Part shown: positions 1 through 4,137 of the stretch, in pieces
Numbering within the stretch: the stretch's first letter is position 1
Layout: each line of letters opens with the position of its first letter
Assembly (NCBI RefSeq): GCF_000179635.2
Contig: NC_014827.1
Span: 1 to 7,420 of the forward strand
Source: Ruminococcus albus 7 = DSM 20455
GTDB lineage: Bacteria > Bacillota > Clostridia > Oscillospirales > Ruminococcaceae
Reading direction: 5' to 3'
DNA length: 7,420 nt
Notes under the pieces: model-generated
The model's input: the letters and a program-made list of their open reading frames with translations, nothing else
The model's database searches: none
Told to the model about the DNA's origin: nothing
Program-made: the position numbers and the translations under genes

Positions 1-7
1 GTGGAGA

Positions 8-376
8 ATGTATATGCAGGAATTTGAAATAATATTTTATGAAAAGGCTGATGGGACAGAGCCGGCAAAGGATTTTATATTAAGTCTTGATACAAAGATG
101 AGAGCTAAAATGTTCAGAACAGTAGAGCTTCTTCAAAAAAACGGCAACAGATTAAGAGAACCGGAATCAAAGCCTATAGAAGACGGTATAATGGAGTTAA
201 GAGCAAAAGTAGGCTCGGATATATCTAGGGTCTTGTATTTCTTTGTAGTCGGACATAAAGTTGTTTTGACAAATGGCTTTATAAAGAAAACACAAAAAAC
301 ACCAAGGTCAGAGATTGAAAGAGCCAAACAGTACAGAGCTGATTATCTAAGCAGAAAGGAGAATGAAAATGACTAA
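8..376 (+). CDS. Type II toxin, RelE/HigB-like (phage Gp49-like/DUF891-type) mRNA interferase
   Basis: The 122-aa ORF has a family-typical layout: N-terminal EFEIIFYE..G..P.KDFL, then ELR.K.GSDI.RVLYFF..G..VVLTNGFIKKTQKTP..EIERA. It sits immediately upstream of, and overlaps, a small XRE-HTH gene. GGAG at 3-6 fits ATG 14 better than ATG 8, so the true start may be 14. Confidence 0.85.
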   Translation: MYMQEFEIIFYEKADGTEPAKDFILSLDTKMRAKMFRTVELLQKNGNRLREPESKPIEDGIMELRAKVGSDISRVLYFFVVGHKVVLTNGFIKKTQKTPRSEIERAKQYRADYLSRKENEND

Positions 377-641
377 TTTCAATGAACTTCTCGCAGAGCA
401 GATGAAAGATGATGAATTTCGTAGAGAATATGAAGCACTTGAACCAGAATTTACAATTATGCAGGCTATGATAGATGCTCGTAATTCAAGCGGACTTACG
501 CAGAAACAGCTTTCAGATCGTTCGGGTATAGCACAGGGTGATATAAGCAAGCTTGAAAACGGAAATGCTAATCCGTCAATAAGAACTTTACAACGGCTTG
601 CAAATGCTATGGGCAAAAAACTTAGGATAGAGTTTTTATAA
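363..641 (+). CDS. XRE-family helix-turn-helix antitoxin (HigA-like)
   Basis: The 92-aa ORF has an HTH core, GLTQKQLSDRSGIAQGDISKLENGNANPSIRTLQRLANAMG. It overlaps the toxin stop by 14 nt. AGGAG at 357-361 sits 7 nt before ATG 369, so the start is 363 or 369. Confidence 0.85.
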   Translation: MKMTNFNELLAEQMKDDEFRREYEALEPEFTIMQAMIDARNSSGLTQKQLSDRSGIAQGDISKLENGNANPSIRTLQRLANAMGKKLRIEFL

Positions 642-651
642 TAACAATTAT

Positions 652-697
652 AAAGACGGACTACCGCAGCAGCGGACAGTCCGTCTTTTTCTTTTTT
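652..697. terminator. Bidirectional rho-independent terminator between convergent genes
   Basis: Perfect 11-bp stem AAAGACGGACT (652-662) / AGTCCGTCTTT (678-688) with a 15-nt loop. A T-run follows on the plus strand. The A-rich left flank gives a U-rich tail for the minus-strand transcript. Confidence 0.75.
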
Positions 698-706
698 GTC
701 AGCCCA

Positions 707-991
707 TTATTCGGGCTTATTGTCGGGAAAATCATTCATAGCCTTGTTAAAGAAGCCGCCCCTCTGGTTCTGACCTTTGAGGAACGCAACAAGACGTTCG
801 ATATCACCATCTGCATACTCTCTGCCGAGTACGCTGTATACCGCACCGCCGATCTCTATCAAGTGCCGTGTGCGTTTTTTTCTTTCGTCCGCTGACTTCT
901 GTGCTTTCAGCTTTTTCTCTTGTGCTTTGAGCTGTTTCTGCTTTTCTTGCAGCTCAGCTATTCGTTCTTCATATGTCTTACTTTTTGACAT
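707..991 (-). CDS. DUF3847-like small coiled-coil protein (typical neighbour of MobQ relaxases; putative relaxosome accessory)
   Basis: The 94-aa ORF has an N-terminal Lys/Glu/Gln coiled coil (ELQEKQKQLKAQEKKLKAQ), then RKKRTRHLIEIGGAV...L. From memory this is the DUF3847 pattern. AAGAGG (complement of 1001-1006) lies 9 nt upstream of ATG 991. Confidence 0.75.
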   Translation of the reverse strand: MSKSKTYEERIAELQEKQKQLKAQEKKLKAQKSADERKKRTRHLIEIGGAVYSVLGREYADGDIERLVAFLKGQNQRGGFFNKAMNDFPDNKPE

Positions 992-1397
992 AATTTAATA
1001 CCTCTTTCCCTTTGTATTCAATAAAATCCAGCGCAACCATATCAGGCAAATAGGGTGGCTTTTTAAAACCTCTTTTGTTATATTTAGGCTTGTATTTCTG
1101 TATGTAATATCTCTCATAATCTGCAAGCGAATTTAGATTGGGTGTTTCTGCGCACATAATATAAGACACTTCTTCCCAAAATGGACTTTCTTCAATGTGC
1201 TTTGACATTCTATTTGCTATGTTTTGAGTGTGTCCAACGTAGATCACTATATTATTGTTATTATAGAACAAGTATATGTAAGGACTTCTATCATATAAAA
1301 TACAATTAGGCTCATAAATAATGTCATCAAGCCCAAGTGCCTTTATTCGATACCATTCTTTTAAAGCTTCTAATTGAAAATCTCTAAGCATATACAT
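978..1397 (-). CDS. GIY-YIG domain nuclease (small, free-standing)
   Basis: Motifs appear in order: YIYLF-(8 aa)-IYVGHT, an Arg in NRMSKH, then a Glu in YERYYIQKYKPKYN. This is the GIY..YIG..R..H..E..N layout. The track's TTG start at 1436 is actually the -35 hexamer of its own promoter. The real start is ATG 1397 or ATG 1391, with GGTGA just upstream. The 3' end overlaps the DUF3847-like gene by 14 nt. Confidence 0.75.
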   Translation of the reverse strand: MYMLRDFQLEALKEWYRIKALGLDDIIYEPNCILYDRSPYIYLFYNNNNIVIYVGHTQNIANRMSKHIEESPFWEEVSYIMCAETPNLNSLADYERYYIQKYKPKYNKRGFKKPPYLPDMVALDFIEYKGKEVLNYVKK

Positions 1398-1407
1398 CAC
1401 CAGTATA

Positions 1408-1436
1408 ATTTTATCATATATACATTGATTTGTCAA
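1408..1436 (-). promoter_or_regulatory. Sigma-A type promoter for the GIY-YIG/DUF3847 operon
   Basis: On the minus strand: TTGACA (1436-1431), a 17-nt spacer, then TAAAAT (1413-1408). The predicted TSS is only a few nt from the GGTGATG start region, so the leader is very short. Confidence 0.6.
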
Positions 1437-1443
1437 GTAGGTA

Positions 1444-1472
1444 TTGACAAACTAAGCGAAATTTGATATAAT
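1444..1472 (+). promoter_or_regulatory. Consensus extended -10 promoter for the relaxase operon
   Basis: TTGACA (1444-1449), a 17-nt spacer, then TATAAT (1467-1472), with TG at 1464-1465 (TGnTATAAT). Confidence 0.8.
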
Positions 1473-1480
1473 CATTTCTT

Positions 1481-1556
1481 AAGAGCGCAGCGAATAGAAA
1501 TGCGCACTTATACACCACATTCGCTACGCTCACATGGTGTATTTAAGTGCGCTCTC
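1481..1556 (+). other. oriT, MOBQ type, with predicted nic core TAAGTGCGCTCT
   Basis: TAAGTGCGCTCT (1544-1555) differs at one position from the MOBQ nic consensus TAAGTGCGCCCT of RSF1010/R1162, pIP501 and pGO1. It is preceded by IR arms TACACCA (1511-1517) / TGGTGTA (1535-1541). A longer IR spans 1502-1517 / 1535-1552 with a 2-nt bulge. Interleaved IRs are also present: AGCGAAT 1489-1495 / ATTCGCT 1519-1525, and AGAGCGCA 1482-1489 / TGCGCTCT 1548-1555. By analogy the nick falls at GTGCG|CTCT, about 1551/1552. Confidence 0.7.
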
Positions 1557-1620
1557 CGAGGGCAAGAGCGTTCCCCTCTTGACTTCCCTTTTTATTTTTC
1601 AGAGAAAGGAGTGTTGCCAA

Positions 1621-3027
1621 ATGGCAATCTATCATTGCAGTATTAAGATAGGCAGCAGAGCAAACGGACAAAGCGCAATAGCCGCAGCAGCGTATCGAGC
1701 AGGTGACAATCTGAAAGATAAAGAAACTGGTTTAGTGTCCGACTACTCCCGAAAGGGCGGCGTTGTGTTTTCCGAAATCTCGTTGTGCCAAAACGCTCCT
1801 GCCGAATATGCCGACAGGGCTACTCTTTGGAACGCAGTTCACGAAATCGAGAAAGCCAAAAACTCACAGTTGTGGCGTGAGTTTGAGGTGGCACTTCCGC
1901 AGGAGTTTAGCCGAGCCGAACAGATAGACACAGTTCGTGGATTTGTCAAAGGCTTGACCAAGCAAGGAATGTGTGTGGATTGGAGCTTGCACGATAAAGA
2001 GGACGGAAACCCACACGCTCATATCATGGCTACTATGCGGAGCATAACCGAGGGCGGCAAATGGGCACCCAAGAGCCGCAAGGTGTATGACCTTGACGAG
2101 AACGGCGAGCGCATTTTTCAAAAAGTCGATAAGTCGGGGCGCAAGCAGTACAAGAACCACAAAGAAGATTACAACGATTGGAACAAGAAAGAGCGTGTCG
2201 AGGAATGGAGAGCTGCGTGGGCTGCTTGCTGCAATGAAAGGCTTGCCGAGCGTGATCGGATAGATCACCGCAGCTATAAACGGCAGGGCATAGAGCAAGA
2301 GCCGACTATCCATGAGGGATATGCAGCAAGGAAAATCGCAGCCGAGGGTAAGCCCTCGGAGCGTGTTCGCATAAATGAAGAAATCCGAGAGAGAAATAAT
2401 ATGCTGAAACAGCTTGCCGAGCAGCTGCACCACATCGAACAGCAGCTTGCCGAGCTTATCAAGGAGAAAGGAAGTGCAGCGATCAATGCAGGAAAACAAC
2501 GAATTGCAGACCTACTCGCCCGAAGAAGTCGAGCAGTTGATAGCGATGACCGAGGACTTGCAGACGGAGAACGAACAACAGAGAGCCGAACTGAACGAAC
2601 TACGGCAACAGAAGCAGACCGCCTTATCAGAGAATCAGAAGCTGAAAGACGAGCTGCACTCCGCAATGTTGGACTTGAAGAAAGTGGAAGGACAGCACAA
2701 GGAAACGAGAAAAAAGCTGAACACTCTGCTACACGGTTACAACCCACAGAACAACCAGACACAGCAGCAATCTTCGGAGCTGCGGACAGCCTTATCCAAG
2801 ATACAGACACTAACCAAGAAGCTGTCAGAGCAGCAACGGCAGACACAGACAGTACTATCCGACAATCAGAAACTAAGGTCACAAGTGCAGCAGCTCACCG
2901 CCAAGAACGAGAGCTTGCAGAGCAGCGACGAGCAGCTGAAGAACGCCGAAGAGCTGAAGAAGCAGAGCGCAAGGCAAGAGCAGCAAGCGAAAGAGCGAGA
3001 AAGACGAGCTACGATAGAGGCAGATAG
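1621..3027 (+). CDS. MobA/MobL (MOBQ) family relaxase; the C-terminal ~180 codons are doubtful
   Basis: AGGAG at 1607-1611 lies 9 nt before ATG 1621. The N-terminus MAIYHCSIKIGSRANGQSAIAAAAYRAG parallels RSF1010 MobA (MAIYHLTAKTGSR...), with the candidate catalytic Tyr at residue 25 (codon 1693-1695). The His-triad motif HDKEDGNPHAHIM is at about 1990-2028. The track start at 1534 lies inside oriT and has no RBS. The frame stays open to TAG 3025-3027, but only through a T-poor tract where every frame is open. Confidence 0.85.
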   Translation: MAIYHCSIKIGSRANGQSAIAAAAYRAGDNLKDKETGLVSDYSRKGGVVFSEISLCQNAPAEYADRATLWNAVHEIEKAKNSQLWREFEVALPQEFSRAEQIDTVRGFVKGLTKQGMCVDWSLHDKEDGNPHAHIMATMRSITEGGKWAPKSRKVYDLDENGERIFQKVDKSGRKQYKNHKEDYNDWNKKERVEEWRAAWAACCNERLAERDRIDHRSYKRQGIEQEPTIHEGYAARKIAAEGKPSERVRINEEIRERNNMLKQLAEQLHHIEQQLAELIKEKGSAAINAGKQRIADLLARRSRAVDSDDRGLADGERTTESRTERTTATEADRLIRESEAERRAALRNVGLEESGRTAQGNEKKAEHSATRLQPTEQPDTAAIFGAADSLIQDTDTNQEAVRAATADTDSTIRQSETKVTSAAAHRQERELAEQRRAAEERRRAEEAERKARAASERARKTSYDRGR

Positions 3028-3667
3028 GGCTAGACGAGAAGCAGCCGCAGCAATCGCAAGAGCCGAGCAAAAAGAAGAAGCGGCGATAATAGCCAAGAAC
3101 GCAGCGGAACATACCAAGCAGCAGCAGGAAAGTATCATCAAAGAGAAAGCAGAAGCCTTAAACAGGCAATATCAGGTGGAATGGAACGTTATTGGTGTTG
3201 CCCTTATCGTGTATAGCTTATTTGCTACCGTGTTCACCGCCATTAAGTCAAAACGCTGTATGTCTGATATTACCGCAGCAGGAAAGCTAATAGTTAAAAT
3301 CGCAAAGGGAATAGTTCATGTGATAACTGCCCTTGCAAGCCGTGTCGGAAGTGTCGGAGCGAAAATCCCACAGCCCATAGTGTCCACGATCGTGAGCTAT
3401 TTGCTAATGGCACTTATTACAGCGATATGTGTTGTTGTTATCCTTGCACCCTTGTATTTGGGCATTAAAGCTATTTCAAACTGCTATACGCTGCATTGTT
3501 GGGACGAGGTAAGTCCATTGGTTGCCCTGGTCTGCCTTGCAGTTCTTGTGTGGGGAGCTGAACTCATGCCGTTGAACATCGTGCTGCTGATGATACTTTC
3601 ACACGCAGCATACATCGTTGTCCGTTGGTACATAGATGGTTGGAGAGAGGCAAGAGGACTAGCATAA
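2486..3667 (+). CDS. Gln/Glu/Lys-rich coiled-coil protein with polytopic membrane C-terminal domain (function unknown)
   Basis: The SD-like AGAAAGGAAGTG (2465-2476) precedes ATG 2486. About 230 aa are heptad-like coiled coil with a duplicated motif: QTALSENQKLK (2615-2647) and QTVLSDNQKLR (2846-2878). Four to five hydrophobic helices follow from about 3181 (VIGVALIVYSLFATVFTAI; IVSTIVSYLLMALITAICVVVILAPLYLGI; LVALVCLAVLVWGA; LNIVLLMILSHAAYIVV). Confidence 0.7.
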   Translation: MQENNELQTYSPEEVEQLIAMTEDLQTENEQQRAELNELRQQKQTALSENQKLKDELHSAMLDLKKVEGQHKETRKKLNTLLHGYNPQNNQTQQQSSELRTALSKIQTLTKKLSEQQRQTQTVLSDNQKLRSQVQQLTAKNESLQSSDEQLKNAEELKKQSARQEQQAKERERRATIEADRARREAAAAIARAEQKEEAAIIAKNAAEHTKQQQESIIKEKAEALNRQYQVEWNVIGVALIVYSLFATVFTAIKSKRCMSDITAAGKLIVKIAKGIVHVITALASRVGSVGAKIPQPIVSTIVSYLLMALITAICVVVILAPLYLGIKAISNCYTLHCWDEVSPLVALVCLAVLVWGAELMPLNIVLLMILSHAAYIVVRWYIDGWREARGLA

Positions 3668-3688
3668 TGCCCTCAGAAGCCACCGTAA

Positions 3689-3759
3689 GCCACACAGAGC
3701 CACGCTAATCTTAATAATATAGAATCACCCCTTACACTCTTGAAACGCCACACAGAGCC
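3689..3759. repeat. 13-bp direct repeat GCCACACAGAGCC (3689-3701 and 3747-3759) in an intergenic region
   Basis: Both copies are exact. CTCAGAA is also duplicated (3672-3678 and 3761-3767). AATGCCCTC (3666-3674) can pair with GAGGGGCATT (3773-3782), which is followed by T5. Confidence 0.6.
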
Positions 3760-3868
3760 GCTCAGAACGTGCGAGGGGCATTTTTACAGCCTTTTTCTCG
3801 CGGAGATAGAAATGTATTGGTGAAGTTGGTACTATAAACATTTAATTGAAAGCGTCACAAAATCAGTA

Positions 3869-3897
3869 TTGACAAATGGAGATTTATGTGCTATACT
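3869..3897 (+). promoter_or_regulatory. Strong extended -10 promoter upstream of the replication module
   Basis: TTGACA (3869-3874), a 17-nt spacer, then TATACT (3892-3897), with TG at 3889-3890. It shares the context GTATTGACAAA with the relaxase promoter (1441-1451 vs 3866-3876). Confidence 0.7.
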
Positions 3898-3904
3898 GAA
3901 AAAA

Positions 3905-4019
3905 AGGTAAAAAAACTTATTGATAATCTAAGCCCCTTATACCGTAGGTATTCTGAGGGGGCTGACAGAGTAGGTAAAAAAACTTATTGATAATCTAAGC
4001 CCCTTATACCGTAGGTATT
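3905..4019. repeat. Two perfect 48-bp direct repeats (3905-3952 and 3972-4019), period 67 bp
   Basis: AGGTAAAAAAACTTATTGATAATCTAAGCCCCTTATACCGTAGGTATT occurs twice without mismatch. The copies are separated by 19 nt (CTGAGGGGGCTGACAGAGT). The first copy starts about 8 nt after the -10 box. Confidence 0.95.
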
Positions 4020-4042
4020 GAGCGTGAGCGTGTGTGGGGCGG

Positions 4043-4099
4043 TTCTTCTTTCTTTTGGTTCTTTTCTTTCTTCTCCAAGAAAAGAAGAAAGAAAAGAAC
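4043..4099. repeat. Homopyrimidine mirror repeat plus perfect 17-bp homopyrimidine/homopurine hairpin
   Basis: Mirror repeat: TCTTCTTTCTTTT (4044-4056) / TTTTCTTTCTTCT (4062-4074). Hairpin: GTTCTTTTCTTTCTTCT (4058-4074) pairs perfectly with AGAAGAAAGAAAAGAAC (4083-4099), with an 8-nt loop CCAAGAAA. Confidence 0.9.
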
Positions 4100-4137
4100 G
4101 TTACCCGCAGTAATGATGTTATATCCGCATAAGTGAG

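Noticed and set aside
133-998. Shadow ORFs 133..327(-), 347..616(-) and 777..998(+)
   Set aside because: Each lies antisense to a well-supported gene (toxin, antitoxin, DUF3847-like). They have low-complexity products and no translation signals.
1398-1436. TTG start and first 13 codons of track ORF 978..1436
   Set aside because: The TTG is the first half of a TTGACA -35 hexamer, followed 17 nt later by TAAAAT. ATG 1397 or 1391 behind GGTGA is the sensible start.
1558-1600. Possible leader terminator or attenuator (GAGGG...CCCTC, AAGAG...CTCTT, then a T-rich run) before the relaxase start
   Set aside because: The stems are only 5 bp with competing registers. The T-run is interrupted and separated from the stem. 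Too weak to call.
1534-1620. N-terminal 29 codons of the track ORF 1534..3027 (MVYLSALSEG...)
   Set aside because: ATG 1534 sits inside the oriT inverted repeat and has no SD. ATG 1621 has AGGAG 9 nt upstream, and it gives the canonical MAIYH relaxase N-terminus with Tyr25.
1864-3141. Long minus-strand ORFs 1864..2499, 2274..2882, 2866..3141 and 2879..3112
   Set aside because: They are antisense shadows of the relaxase and coiled-coil genes. They are Ser/Cys/Leu/Ala-rich low-complexity products. They stay open only because the plus strand is T-poor (the minus strand is A-poor). No SD or promoter.
3905-4019. Possible mini-CRISPR array
   Set aside because: Only two repeats. The 48-bp repeat is too long and the 19-bp spacer too short. 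No cas genes. The position downstream of a promoter and upstream of rep fits an origin or leader instead.
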